Counted from the first letter of the stretch, positions 20,148-30,545 are shown. The stretch is 64,000 nucleotides of DNA from Alphaproteobacteria bacterium (GCA_965249135.1 OZ252220.1:928001-992000); one strand, 5' to 3'. Made by a program: numbers and translations. Notes: generated by a model not told the origin, from the letters alone.

Positions 20148-21653
20148 ATGTATCGAGTGGAGTTGTACGCGCGGGTTCGACGGGCCTGTCACGTTGAGAG
20201 GATGAGCATCCGGGAGGCGGCCCGGGTGTTCGGTGTGGACCGGCGGACGGTGGCCAAGATGCTGGCCTATGCGGTGCCGCCGGGCTACCGGCGGAGCAAG
20301 CCGCGGGCGCGTCCCAAGCTCGATCTCCATGTCGGCGTCATCGACCGGATCCTGGAGGAGGATAAGGCTCGCCCGACCAAGCAGCGGCATACGGCGAAGC
20401 GGATCTTCGACCGGCTGCGGGACGAGTACGGGCTCGTGGGCGGCTACACGATCGTCAAGGACTACGTGCGCGAGCGCCGGCGGCGGACGCGGGAGATGTT
20501 CGTGCCGCTGTCGCACCCGGCGGGTCATGCCCAGGTCGACTTCGGCGAAGCGACGGCGGTGATCGCGGGCAAGGAGCAGAAGGTCCGCTTCTTCGCGATG
20601 GACCTGCCGCACAGCGATGCGTGCTTCGTGAAGGCGTACCCCGGGGAGACGAGCGAGGCGTTCTGTGACGGCCACAATGCGGCCTTCGCCTTCTTCGGCG
20701 GGGTGCGGCGGTCGATCCTCTACGACAACAGCACGCTGGCGGTAGCGCGCATCCTGGGCGATGGCAAGCGACAACGCACCCGGGTGTTTGCCGAGCTGCA
20801 GTCCCATTACCTGTTCCAGGATCGCTTCGGTCGGCCGAGGAAGGGGAATGACAAGGGCAAGGTCGAAGGGCTGATCGGGTTCGCCCGGCGTAACTTCATG
20901 GTGCCGCTACCGCGCTTCCCGAGCTTCGCGGCCTTCAACGCCGATCTGGAGGCGCGGTGCCGGAGGCGGTTCAGCGATCGGCTGCGCCGGCATGAGGAGA
21001 CGATCGAGGAGCGCTTGACGCGGGACCAGGATGCCTTCCTGCCGGTGCTGCCGTCGCCCTATGACGCCTGCGACAAGTGCCCGGGACGGGTGAGTTCGCT
21101 CTCGCTGGTGCGCTACAAGGGCAACGACTACTCGGTGCCGGTAGTCTACGGCTGCCACGAGGTGCTGATCAAGGGCTACGTCGACGAGGTGGTGATCAGC
21201 TGTGGCACAGAGGTGATCGCGCGCCACCGGCGCTCCTACGAGCGCGAGGACCTGGTCTTCGATCCGCTGCACTACCTGCCGCTCATCGAGAAGAAGATCG
21301 GCGCCCTGGACCAGGCCGCCCCGCTCGAGGGCTGGCAGCTGCCCGAGGTCTTCGCCACCTTGCGCCGACTCCTCGAAGCGCGCATGAGCAAGGCGGGCAA
21401 GCGCGAGTACGTCCAGGTGCTCCGGCTGCTGGAGAGCTTCCCCCGCCATGAGGTCGAGGCCGCCATCCATCAGGCCATCAGGCTCGGCGCCATCGGCTTC
21501 GACGCGGTCAAGCACCTGGTGCTATGCCGCATCGAGCGACGGCCGCCCAGGCTCAACCTCGAGGTCTATCCCTACCTGCCCCGGGCCAAGGTTCGCACCA
21601 CCGATGCCGGGTCCTACATGAGCCTGCTCTCGGGGGCAGGGCAAGGCCCATGA
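20148..21653 (+). CDS. istA: IS21 transposase IstA
   Basis: N-terminal HTH, AQVDFGE, ILYDN, KGKVE DDE motifs. Confidence 0.95.
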   Translation: MYRVELYARVRRACHVERMSIREAARVFGVDRRTVAKMLAYAVPPGYRRSKPRARPKLDLHVGVIDRILEEDKARPTKQRHTAKRIFDRLRDEYGLVGGYTIVKDYVRERRRRTREMFVPLSHPAGHAQVDFGEATAVIAGKEQKVRFFAMDLPHSDACFVKAYPGETSEAFCDGHNAAFAFFGGVRRSILYDNSTLAVARILGDGKRQRTRVFAELQSHYLFQDRFGRPRKGNDKGKVEGLIGFARRNFMVPLPRFPSFAAFNADLEARCRRRFSDRLRRHEETIEERLTRDQDAFLPVLPSPYDACDKCPGRVSSLSLVRYKGNDYSVPVVYGCHEVLIKGYVDEVVISCGTEVIARHRRSYEREDLVFDPLHYLPLIEKKIGALDQAAPLEGWQLPEVFATLRRLLEARMSKAGKREYVQVLRLLESFPRHEVEAAIHQAIRLGAIGFDAVKHLVLCRIERRPPRLNLEVYPYLPRAKVRTTDAGSYMSLLSGAGQGP

Positions 21654-22414
21654 GCGACATGCCCCAGCTCCTGCTCGCCCATCACCTTAAGACCCTGAAG
21701 CTGCCGACTTTCTTGCGCGAGCACGACAAGATCGCCCGGCAGTGCGCGGCCGAGGGCGTCGATCACGTCCGCTACCTCTTGCGGCTCGCCGAGCTCGAGC
21801 TCATCGATCGCGAACGCCGCCTCATCGAGCGCCGCATCAAGGCGGCCAGGTTCCCGACCGTCAAGAGCCTCGACAGCTTCGCGTTCACTGCCATCCCCGC
21901 GCTCAACAAGGCCCTGGTGATCGAGCTCGCCCGCGGTGAATACATCGAGCGCCGCGAGAACGTCATCGCGCTCGGCAACAGCGGCACCGGCAAGACCCAC
22001 ATCGCCCTCGGCCTCGGGCTTGCCGCCTGCCAGAAGGGTCTCTCGGTGGGCTTCATCACCGCCGCGGCGCTGGTCCATGAGCTCATCGAGGCCCGCGATG
22101 ACAAGCAGCTGCTGAGGTTCCAGAAGAAGCTCGCCGGCTACAAGCTCCTGATCATCGACGAGCTCGGCTTCGTGCCGCTGTCGAAGACCGGCGCCGAGCT
22201 GCTGTTCGAGGTGTTCAGCCGGCGCTACGAGCGCGGTTCGACCCTGGTTACCTCTAACCTGCCCTTCGACGAATGGACCGAGGTGTTCGGCTCCGAGCGG
22301 CTCACCGGCGCGCTGCTCGACCGCCTCACCCACCACGTCCATATCCTCGAGATGAACGGCGACAGCTACCGCCTCAAGCAGAGCCGATCACAGCAGGCCA
22401 CCAAGGCTCGCTAA
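21650..22414 (+). CDS. istB: IS21 helper ATPase IstB
   Basis: ATGA overlap with istA; GNSGTGKTH, LLIIDELG. Confidence 0.95.
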   Translation: MSDMPQLLLAHHLKTLKLPTFLREHDKIARQCAAEGVDHVRYLLRLAELELIDRERRLIERRIKAARFPTVKSLDSFAFTAIPALNKALVIELARGEYIERRENVIALGNSGTGKTHIALGLGLAACQKGLSVGFITAAALVHELIEARDDKQLLRFQKKLAGYKLLIIDELGFVPLSKTGAELLFEVFSRRYERGSTLVTSNLPFDEWTEVFGSERLTGALLDRLTHHVHILEMNGDSYRLKQSRSQQATKAR

Positions 22415-22753
22415 CCCGCCAACGCCGCTTGCCCCCGTGGGTCCACAGGCCCCACCCACGCGCGCCGCCGCGTCAGCCTGTTGGGGGCACGCCGCGCCGC
22501 GCGCGGGGCCCGCCCATGGACTACGGGGACAAGCTCAGAGACACGTCATCGGGTGGTACATTTTTACACCGCCCCACTGGTGGACTTTTACGCCGCCGTT
22601 GACACGAGCGCTGGACCCGCAGATTGCCGGGGCTGATCGGGCGGCAGGTGCGATCAGGATGAAGCAAGAGGCGGTCGAGGTCGAGCTTACCAGCGGCACA
22701 ATTTGGACCCGATCCTCACGGTCACAGCTGCCCATTTGGGACCAAATATCGCG

Positions 22754-23464
22754 CTATGTTCCCTGGAACAGGGCGTAACTCCTGAAATCCATATAAAGAT
22801 ACTCCTGGATTTTCGTCGCCTCAGCCCCATGCAAAATCATATGTTCTCTATACGTCGGTGAAGGAACGACGAAACTGTAGTCATGCTTTCCAAGAGGACG
22901 GTCTGGGGGAGCTACTGATTGTTCGATAACCTCATCAAACAAGCTTTCCATCGAAGACAGCACATCTTCTCTAGGTGGAGCAAGACCGCCCGAACCCACT
23001 TCATAGGTATGTGATGCACAGACCAATCTCGAAATTGCATCACTTGGCCAGTGAAACGGATCAGCACCGCTGAGCGTAAAATATAACCATTCAACCGGAA
23101 CGAAGGTCCGAGCAGTTCTGATCATTTCGGGACTGGAGATATTAAACCTCTTAACTATGTAATCATGTGTTCTTTGCCCGATGCGAGCACAGATAAAATC
23201 AATACTTTCAAAATCAGTTTGTGGAAAAGATACAGTCCCTTTCAAGTGCCAATAATAGGGGTCATCCACCATCTCGGGGAGCTTTTCCAAATACCCTCTG
23301 TCCTTGAACATTACATCTGGGAACTGCTCTTTAAGTTTCGCCGAGAACTCCTCCAAGGATGAATCCACCCATTCCGCAGCTTTGAAAAAATCTGTGGGCG
23401 ATTGAGCGAAAGCGGGCTGCCCAAAGCTCAAAGACATGACAAGAGCGAGAATTAGCTTTTGCAT
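22754..23464 (-). CDS. Low-GC secreted hypothetical protein (moron-like)
   Basis: 236 aa, signal peptide (AFA|Q), AT-richer than its flanks. Confidence 0.7.
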   Translation of the reverse strand: MQKLILALVMSLSFGQPAFAQSPTDFFKAAEWVDSSLEEFSAKLKEQFPDVMFKDRGYLEKLPEMVDDPYYWHLKGTVSFPQTDFESIDFICARIGQRTHDYIVKRFNISSPEMIRTARTFVPVEWLYFTLSGADPFHWPSDAISRLVCASHTYEVGSGGLAPPREDVLSSMESLFDEVIEQSVAPPDRPLGKHDYSFVVPSPTYREHMILHGAEATKIQEYLYMDFRSYALFQGT

Positions 23465-23593
23465 GTTTCAAGCTTCCTTATGGGAGCTGTGGGTACCGTC
23501 ATCGCGGCCCTTTCAGTTTCGCCCCCCTGCCGGACCGTCAATACACGGCCTCCGGCATCGATGGCGACAAGATCGACTCCGGAATTATCCGCC

Positions 23594-23992
23594 ATGCCCA
23601 GCAAGACCGAACAAGTGCTGACCGCGCTGGGTGATCGCCTGCGCACGGTGCCTAGAGCCAAGATCGAGCGTAACACGGCCGCACCCGAGAAGATCCCCGC
23701 CGGCGGCCTGATCGTGCTTCGCGACGGCGACCCCGGAGAGCCGGAGCAGGTGCTGGGTGGCGTCGGCAGCGTCTATTACGCCCATGCAGTCGAGATCGAG
23801 ATCTATGTCGAGGCGGGCGGCACTAGCGCTCGCGATGCCGTGTTCGACAACCTGGTTCAAGAGATCGGCGCGGTGCTCGACGGCGATCCCACCCTCGGCG
23901 GGCTCGCCTTCGGCATGACTTACGCCCGGCCCGAGATCGAAACCGAGGCGGTGGTCGGCGCGCCCGCCATCAAGACCGGCGCCATCGAAGTC
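23594..23992 (+). pseudogene. Phage tail-completion-like protein, 3' truncated by IS3
   Basis: MPSKTEQVL...IPAGGLIVLRDGDPGEPE...YYAHAVEIE...DPTLGGL resembles alphaproteobacterial prophage neck/tail genes. Confidence 0.7.
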
Positions 23993-25336
23993 TGAGGTAG
24001 CCTCGGTTTGTCGGACAGCTTGGCGGCTTGATTAAGGTGTATTCCGGTTGTCGTTCATGCTGCCAGAATCCCTTTGCATCGATCTCCTTGCCGTTGTTGT
24101 TGCGCCTGTGGGGATGTGGGCAAGGTGCGTAGCGGCTTGTCCATCATATCCACAGGCGGGGCACCGCGGTAGGCCTCGGCCGGCGTTTCCCCCCCGAGCG
24201 CCGAGTGCGGCCTCTCGGTGTTGTAGAAGTCGATCCACTCGCCGATGACGCGCCGGGCCTCGAAGCCGTCGGCGAGCTCGCGCAGATAGACGGCCTCATA
24301 TTTGAGGGAGCGCCACAGCTGCTCAATGAAGATGTTATCCAGGCACCGGCCCCTGCCGTCCATCGAGATCCGGATGCCGGCCTCCCGCAAGCGCCCGGTG
24401 AAGGCGAAGCTGGTGAACTGGCTGCCCTGGTCGGTATTGAAGATCTCCGGCGTGCCATGGCGGGCCAGCGCCTCGTCGAGCGCGTCTGTGCAGAAGCCCG
24501 CATCCAGGGTGTTCGACAGACGCCAAGCCAGCACATGCCGGCTGGCCCAGTCCATGATCGCCACCAGGTAAAGAAAGCCGCGGCGCACCGGGATGTAGGT
24601 GATGTCGGCGCACCAGACATGGCCCGCCCGCTCGATCATCAAGCCTCTGAGCAGATAGGGGTAGACCCGGTGCTCGGGATGCGGATCGCTGGTGCGCGGC
24701 GCCCTATAGATCGCCTGAAGCCCCATCAGGCGCATCTCAGACGACCGGCCCGGCGACGACCGATGCGCACGCCCTCGCGGCGCAGATGACGGACCGTCTG
24801 ACGGGCGCCGTAGAACGGATACTTCAGGAACAACTCATCAATGCGCCACATCAGCGCCAGAGTCTCCGGGCTCTCGCCCTTGGGCGTGTAATAGAGCGAG
24901 GAGCGTCCGATCGACAGCAAACGGCATTGACGGCTCAAGCTCAGCGCCCGGTGATCGCGCATCACCATCGTTCACCGCTCGGACCGGCTCATCGACCGGA
25001 CCCTCGAGACAAAAAATCCCGCCCCACCGTCAACTCGCCGATCTTCGCGTGAAGATCACGGATCTCGCTCTCATGGTCCCCACGGCGGCGCTCGCCCCCG
25101 TTCGAAAACACCTCGCCAAGACCATCAATCGCCTGGCGCTTCCATGTGCTCACCTGGTTCGGATGAACCTGGTGCTTCGAGGCAATCTCCTGAAGCGTCC
25201 GGTCGCCACAAAACGCCTCAAGCGCGATCTTCGCCTTCAGCTCCCCGGAAAACCTGCGTCTCCTGCTCATCGCGTATCCCTCCTCAGTCGGGGGAATACA
25301 CCTTAAACACCTGTCCGATTTTCCGGGGCCACCTCA
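23993..25336 (-). mobile_element. IS3-family element, full-length copy (1344 bp)
   Basis: Terminal IRs; orfA 24989..25270 (RRRFSGELKAKIALEA); orfB 24055..24968 with a frameshift near 24735 shared with copy 1. Confidence 0.92.
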
Positions 25337-26096
25337 GGATCACCAATGTAATTTTCCAAGGCTGGGTAGATTCAAGCTTTTCTCTATTACAGGAAAGGAT
25401 ATTGACGTAAGCCCGCAACTGGCATTCGGCTGTTTGAGATTGAACGGCGATTGCTGCTCTGGCTACTGCGGTTGCTTCTCTGGCTTCACCAACCGACCGT
25501 TGGGCTGTGGACGCAGCAATTCTAGTGTGTTCAGCAGCGCTGCGTGTGTAAAGCAAGGTGCACCAAAGCAGGGCCAAGCCGATAACGGTCAGAGCTACCC
25601 CACCCCACGCAGCGTAATTCATCCAGAAAGTAGATTTAGCCACACTCTGTTGGGCGACGAGATCACACTCCAGAATGTTGTCAAATTCGCAGTCGGGGTA
25701 GCGATTGCGTTTCTTAGTTTTTACATCGGCGGGTGGGGAACTGATCGAACTGTCAGGCGCGACCTCGGCTTGCGCGGGTGATTGCTCGGGTGGGACGGCC
25801 TCGCCGCTGGTACCGGCGTTGCCGTCTTCGGAGCCTGTATTGCTATTTTCGACAACGTCGCTGGGGGCAGCTTCTTGTTTGAGCGGGGTAGGCTCAGGCG
25901 ACGGGGCGGGTTGGGCTTGTTCGGCTTTGGGTTGCTGGGCCTGTTCGGCGTCTTCGCTTGGGCTGCTGGGTTGCTGGGCTAGGGCTGCACCGATCCACAG
26001 AATTACCGCTAGGCATCCTCCAAGTGCCGTGCCCGGCAAACTCCCGCCCGATCTTGCAACTAGCCAGAGGCACGTCAATCGGATAGTTCCCCTCAT
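25337..26096 (-). pseudogene. Hypothetical membrane protein, C-terminally truncated by IS3
   Basis: Hydrophobic segments, Pro/Gln/Ser-rich linker, QLRAYV; reading frame runs into the IS end. Confidence 0.6.
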
Positions 26097-26617
26097 TAAC
26101 TGCAATATTCTTCCAGCTTCATTGCAGACATACAAGCGCCACCGTGTTTTTTGGCAACGGTTTCCAGATTTTTGTCATCGGTGATAAGGGTATATTCCTG
26201 CACAATTGCCGTTTCAGCGATAAGTGCATCCTGCACGTTGTTTGGTTCCTTCCTCAAAAGGTCTAGGTCTTCTTTCAAAGCAGAATACAGATCATCCTCC
26301 ATTCCCCATCCGGCTTCGCCCCAGCGAGACACCCCCCATACCGCAGAGGTAGTCGGTACTTCTCTTCTTTCTCTCAGACGAGCTTGGTCTAGTCGAGAAG
26401 CGTCGAGAGCCAATGAATCCGTTGGCAAGGATTTAGCCACCAGATCAACGAATGCTTGGTTTAGCTTGTCCCTCCGCTCAACAGAGCGGGTATTGTTGAG
26501 TTCATCTCGCTGAACGTGGGTCGCATAAACAACAACTTTTCCTTGCAGAGCCTCAGTATGGAGAATGCCGTCCAAGGCCCTGTTGAAGACGTTGGTGTCG
26601 AACATACATTTCAGCAT
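26096..26617 (-). CDS. PIN-domain protein
   Basis: MFDTNVF, RDEL, DALIAETA, LITDD acidic motifs. Confidence 0.8.
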   Translation of the reverse strand: MLKCMFDTNVFNRALDGILHTEALQGKVVVYATHVQRDELNNTRSVERRDKLNQAFVDLVAKSLPTDSLALDASRLDQARLRERREVPTTSAVWGVSRWGEAGWGMEDDLYSALKEDLDLLRKEPNNVQDALIAETAIVQEYTLITDDKNLETVAKKHGGACMSAMKLEEYCS

Positions 26618-26714
26618 CAAACCCGCTTCTCGTTTAAAATTTCGATAGACGCGCAAAATAGACGCGCAAAGAAGTCAAAAAAGCAAAAACTTAAGTTTTC
26701 CCTTGGACTTCCGA

Positions 26715-26789
26715 TGGTGGGCGCGGCTGGGCTTGAACCAGCGACCCCTACGATGTCACCGTAGTGCTCTACCGCTGAGCTACGCGCCC
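26715..26789 (-). tRNA. tRNA-Val(GAC)
   Basis: GGGCGCGTAGCTCAGCGGTAGAGCACTACGGT-GAC-ATCGTAGGGGTCGCTGGTTCAAGCCCAGCCGCGCCCACCA; full cloverleaf with encoded CCA. Confidence 0.97.
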
Positions 26790-26876
26790 CTCTCATGCCC
26801 CCAAGGTGGCCGGGCGGGGATTATGACGGAACGAACCCACTTTTTGAAGGCTCACCCGCCCGCTTCAAGCCGCCGC

Positions 26877-27248
26877 TCACGCAGCTAGGATCGTCTCGAC
26901 CTCGTGGATCAGGTCCTTCAGGTGAAAGGGCTTCGACAGCACCTTCGTCTTGTTGCCGAACGCCTCCTTGGCACGAACGGCGACGGCGGCAAAGCCGGTG
27001 ATCAGCATGATCTTCAAATTCGGGTATTCGCCGGAGACGCGCTGGGCAAGCTCGATGCCGTCCATGCCCGGCATGACGATGTCGGCGAGCAGAAGGTCGA
27101 AGTCCTGCTCGCGGCGGATAAGACCCAAGGCCTCGCTGCCGTCGCCGACGTCCTCGACGGTGTGGCCTGCGCGTCGGAGCGAACGGGCGAGGAATTCCCG
27201 CATCGAACTGTCGTCCTCGGCAAGTAGGGCAAGTAGAATGTAGGCCAT
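26877..27248 (-). CDS. cpdR: Single-domain response regulator CpdR
   Basis: LLAEDD-x-SMREFL, DIVMPGMDG, ITGFAAV, KVLSKPFHL; located between tRNA-Val and hutG; TTAACCAT half-site upstream. Confidence 0.88.
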   Translation of the reverse strand: MAYILLALLAEDDSSMREFLARSLRRAGHTVEDVGDGSEALGLIRREQDFDLLLADIVMPGMDGIELAQRVSGEYPNLKIMLITGFAAVAVRAKEAFGNKTKVLSKPFHLKDLIHEVETILAA

Positions 27249-27421
27249 GGGGAAATGGGGCTCCTTATGAAAGACGCATCCAACGCGCGCGTCGCGGCTG
27301 CCAAGATAAGGCGTCATCCGCGATTGGCAAGCCTTTCGAAAGGGCGGACCCATTAACCATGCCGGACCCTTGTCCCTTGCCCTTTGACGAAGTGTGGCTT
27401 CCGAAGTTAGCTTAAACCGCG

Positions 27422-28342
27422 ATGACGACGCTTCCCTCAAAACGGATCGAGCCCGAACCTGGCCCCTTGAGCGCCAACGGCGATCAAGCCCCGGCCAAGG
27501 GTGAGGCCTGTGAGGTGCGTGCGCCCGCCTTGCAGAAATTTCCTTGCGTCTTTGCCTCGCCCCACAGCGGGGCGGAATACTCCGACGAATTCCTCGCCGC
27601 CTCGACGCTCGACCCTTTGCGCCTTCGAAGCTCGGAAGACTGCTACGTGGACGAGCTGTTCGGCGCCGCACCGATGCTCGGCGCACCGCTCCTTTGCGCC
27701 CTTTTTCCGAGGGCCTATCTGGATCCGAACCGCGGGCCTTACGAGCTCGACCCGGCGATGTTCCGGGACGCGCTGCCTCCTTACATCGAAATTCGCACCC
27801 ACGCCGTCACGAAGGGGCTTGGCACGATCGCCCGGGTCGTCGCGGATGGAATGGAGATCTATCGGAAAAAACTTTCCTTCGCGGAAGCAAGGTGCCGCAT
27901 CCAAAGCTTCTACCGTCCCTACCATGCGGTACTTCGAAGCCTGATTGACGAAGCGCAGGCCCGTTTCGGTTGCTGCGTGCTGATCGACTGCCACTCGATG
28001 CCTTCCACCGACGGTGGCGGCGGGTTCAAGCCGGCCGACTTCGTGCTCGGCGATTGCCATGGCACGTCCTGCGATCCAAGTGTGACGGAAAGCGTCGACA
28101 CATTTCTTCAAGGCTTTGGCTACGTGGTTCAGCGCAACCGTCCCTATGCGGGCGGCTTTACGACTCAGCACTATGGCCATCCGAATGAAGGCGTGCATGC
28201 GCTCCAGATCGAAATCAACCGCGCCCTTTACCTGGATGAGAAAACGCTGAAGCGGCTTTCCGGTTTCGCGCCTTTGAAATCCCGCATCGGCGGGCTGATC
28301 GCTCAACTGAACGAGCTGCCCAGGGAACGACTCCTGCCTTAA
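27422..28342 (+). CDS. N-formylglutamate amidohydrolase (HutG-like)
   Basis: ASPHSG, SEDCYVD, RAYLDPNR, DCHSMPS, PYAGG, QIEINR. Confidence 0.92.
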   Translation: MTTLPSKRIEPEPGPLSANGDQAPAKGEACEVRAPALQKFPCVFASPHSGAEYSDEFLAASTLDPLRLRSSEDCYVDELFGAAPMLGAPLLCALFPRAYLDPNRGPYELDPAMFRDALPPYIEIRTHAVTKGLGTIARVVADGMEIYRKKLSFAEARCRIQSFYRPYHAVLRSLIDEAQARFGCCVLIDCHSMPSTDGGGGFKPADFVLGDCHGTSCDPSVTESVDTFLQGFGYVVQRNRPYAGGFTTQHYGHPNEGVHALQIEINRALYLDEKTLKRLSGFAPLKSRIGGLIAQLNELPRERLLP

Positions 28343-28357
28343 GCCACGAAATCCGCC

Positions 28358-28435
28358 AAAAAATCGGGGCCGCGTTGCGCGACCCCGAAAGTCGTTAAGG
28401 GAGGATACATCTTAGATAAGGACGCGATACCGGTT
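28358..28435 (-). ncRNA. Probable MmgR/suhB (alpha-r8) small RNA
   Basis: Anti-SD TATCCTCCCT, then hairpin TCGGGGTCGCG-caa-CGCGGCCCCGA plus T run, convergent with hutG as in the known synteny; 5' end approximate. Confidence 0.65.
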
Positions 28436-28645
28436 TTCCAGGGGGGGGGGCACCGCGGGCCCTATTGCGATGCACAATATACCCCATTTTGATGCACTGC
28501 AACAAGAAAATCCGGATCTCACCGCCGTCCGGATCGGGATCTTTTCCAAAACCCGAATGTTTCTGGTGTTTTTTGCGAGGCCCCCGGCCCTCGTCCACTC
28601 CATTGCGCCGCAAAAAAAGGCCCCATACGGGGCCGGACGAAGGCC

Positions 28646-28877
28646 GCTTTTCTTGCAAGCGTGCCATGCCGAAGGAGCGAAAACTTCGTTACACTCCGCC
28701 TCCCAATCCCCCGCCATCGTTTAAAGAGCAGACCCAGTGAGCGTACCCGAATCCAAAATTAAACCGGCCACGCCGGCGAATTTGAAGCTTGCCGGAAAGC
28801 AGCTTCGCGAAGGCGGCCTCGTCGCCTTTCCGACGGAGACCGTCTATGGCCTCGGCGGGGACGCGACGAACGACCAG
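28646..28877 (+). repeat. Direct repeat copy 1: upstream region plus first 47 codons of tsaC (truncated copy)
   Basis: 232 bp matching 30736-30967 with one mismatch (28720 vs 30810). Confidence 0.95.
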
Positions 28878-28972
28878 CGCAGACCTAGCGGAATGCTCTA
28901 CTTAATGGCCGTTGATACTGCGGCAGTGCACCCCGTGTCGAGGCAATGGAAAGACTACTAGCAACGCAGGGT

Positions 28973-30535
28973 CTAGCCAAACTCAAGAAATCGTGGATCG
29001 ATGTAGTCGGAGTCGTCCGCTATGGTGCTTTTCTCTCCCTCGATTTCGAACATGATTTCCAATTGATCCCTGCGGGTTTTTCTCCGAACTTTCCGCGAGC
29101 CAGCTACCGGCTTTGGGATCGGAGGAAGAACAGGCATCCTCCCCGCCAACAAGTCCTCAACGGTGGCAATTTGAATGGTTGGGAGCCGACCGTGGGCGGA
29201 GCGATTGACAAAGCCGTAGGCGGCAGCTTGGGAACGCATCGGTTGTGTTGGCTCCGCAAGAGTGATTAGAAGCCCCATCTGTGCGCCTTCCGCTTGAATA
29301 ACACCCTCCAACTCCCTCACCATCGCGACCCCAACATTCACGCCCCCTTTTACCGAGATGATGATCTTGCCAGTACCGTAAGGCCCATTCTTGAAGTAGA
29401 GCCGACCATCTACTCCTTTGTCCGCGCCACGGGTCTCGGTCTTATATGCCTGAGCGCCTAGCAGCCAACTAGCCCACCATTGAAACTGATGCTTGTCACG
29501 TTGAGCCAAATTACGGGCGCCCACTATGTCAGTCGGGCGACCGTGTACAGAATAGGCTGAGGGTAGAGTTCCGCGCTTCAAACGTTCCTCAATTAAACTG
29601 ATTGCATAATGAGTGACATCAATCCCGATCCAGCGGCGGTTCAACCGCTCTGCTGCCTCCACCGTGGTTCCACAGCCGCAAAATGGATCAAGGACCAGAT
29701 CTCCTTCGTTAGATGCCGCCATCAAGATGCGCTCCAAAAGTGCCAACGGCTTTTGCGTGGGGTATCCCACACGCTCCTTGGAAACGGGCGCGATGATGGG
29801 TATGGACCAAACATCGTTCAGCGCCACTCCCGCGCTATCCTGTTCTAACTCTTCAGTAGGTTTGCGGCGGCCGTCTTCAAAGAATGACACCTGCTGCTTC
29901 TTGCCCCCCCATCGCTTCTTAGAACTCTCCGTAGGTTCTTGGTAGAGCGTGTTGAAAGTGTTTTGCTTCGGATCGGCGGAATAGAAAAGAATCGTATCGT
30001 GCATTCTTTGAAAACGGCGCGCAGTAGTTGGCCATCTTCTGTAACTCCAGACTATTTCATTCTGAAATGAATTATGGCCGAAGGTCGCGTCTAAGATGAG
30101 CTTCAAATAATGACTTGCCGTAGGGTCACAGTGCAGGAAGATAGAGCCAGTATCTTTGAGCACATGCTTCAGCTCCAATAGCCTTACCGTCATCATGCAT
30201 AGATAGGCCATCATCCCGTTCTGACCGAGCCAACCTTTGAGGCTAGACACAAGCTCTGCCGGATCACCCCCGCGGACCATCACATTGTCATAAGCTTCCG
30301 CCGCTGGGCGCTCCCAACGCCAGGTATCGCGGAAGGCCTCAGCCTGTGCCTCCGATGGATCTCCAGCCTCAGAGGCGAAAAGCACGTTGTAGTTAGCGTC
30401 GGAATTGAAGGGCGGATCGAGGTAAATCAAGTCAACACTGGCGGGTTTCACATGTTCTCTGAGGACATCCAGATTGTCGCCAAAACAAAGCACGTTCAGA
30501 TTGTCGCCAAAATAAAGCACGTTTTCCATTTCCAT
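28973..30535 (-). CDS. Beta-class N6/N4 DNA methyltransferase fused to an Mrr-like nuclease domain
   Basis: IYLDPPF, YPTQKP, DPFCGCGT; C-terminal DKGVDG...IISVK; lower GC. Confidence 0.9.
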   Translation of the reverse strand: MEMENVLYFGDNLNVLCFGDNLDVLREHVKPASVDLIYLDPPFNSDANYNVLFASEAGDPSEAQAEAFRDTWRWERPAAEAYDNVMVRGGDPAELVSSLKGWLGQNGMMAYLCMMTVRLLELKHVLKDTGSIFLHCDPTASHYLKLILDATFGHNSFQNEIVWSYRRWPTTARRFQRMHDTILFYSADPKQNTFNTLYQEPTESSKKRWGGKKQQVSFFEDGRRKPTEELEQDSAGVALNDVWSIPIIAPVSKERVGYPTQKPLALLERILMAASNEGDLVLDPFCGCGTTVEAAERLNRRWIGIDVTHYAISLIEERLKRGTLPSAYSVHGRPTDIVGARNLAQRDKHQFQWWASWLLGAQAYKTETRGADKGVDGRLYFKNGPYGTGKIIISVKGGVNVGVAMVRELEGVIQAEGAQMGLLITLAEPTQPMRSQAAAYGFVNRSAHGRLPTIQIATVEDLLAGRMPVLPPIPKPVAGSRKVRRKTRRDQLEIMFEIEGEKSTIADDSDYIDPRFLEFG

Positions 30536-30545
30536 AACTGTCCCC

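Larger units (their letters stand above)
20031..22604 (+). mobile_element. IS21-family element 2 (apparently intact)
   Basis: TGAGAACGGCGG...CCGCCGTTGACA ends; intact istA and istB. Confidence 0.9.
9068..26789. mobile_element. Decayed prophage/genomic island integrated at tRNA-Val(GAC); no integrase seen
   Basis: Bounded by the tRNA and its 3' duplicate; contains ISs, phage structural-gene remnants and lower-GC cargo. Confidence 0.8.

Noticed and set aside
28737-28961. Separate small protein at the first tsaC copy
   Set aside because: It is the truncated duplicate of tsaC reading into cassette DNA.
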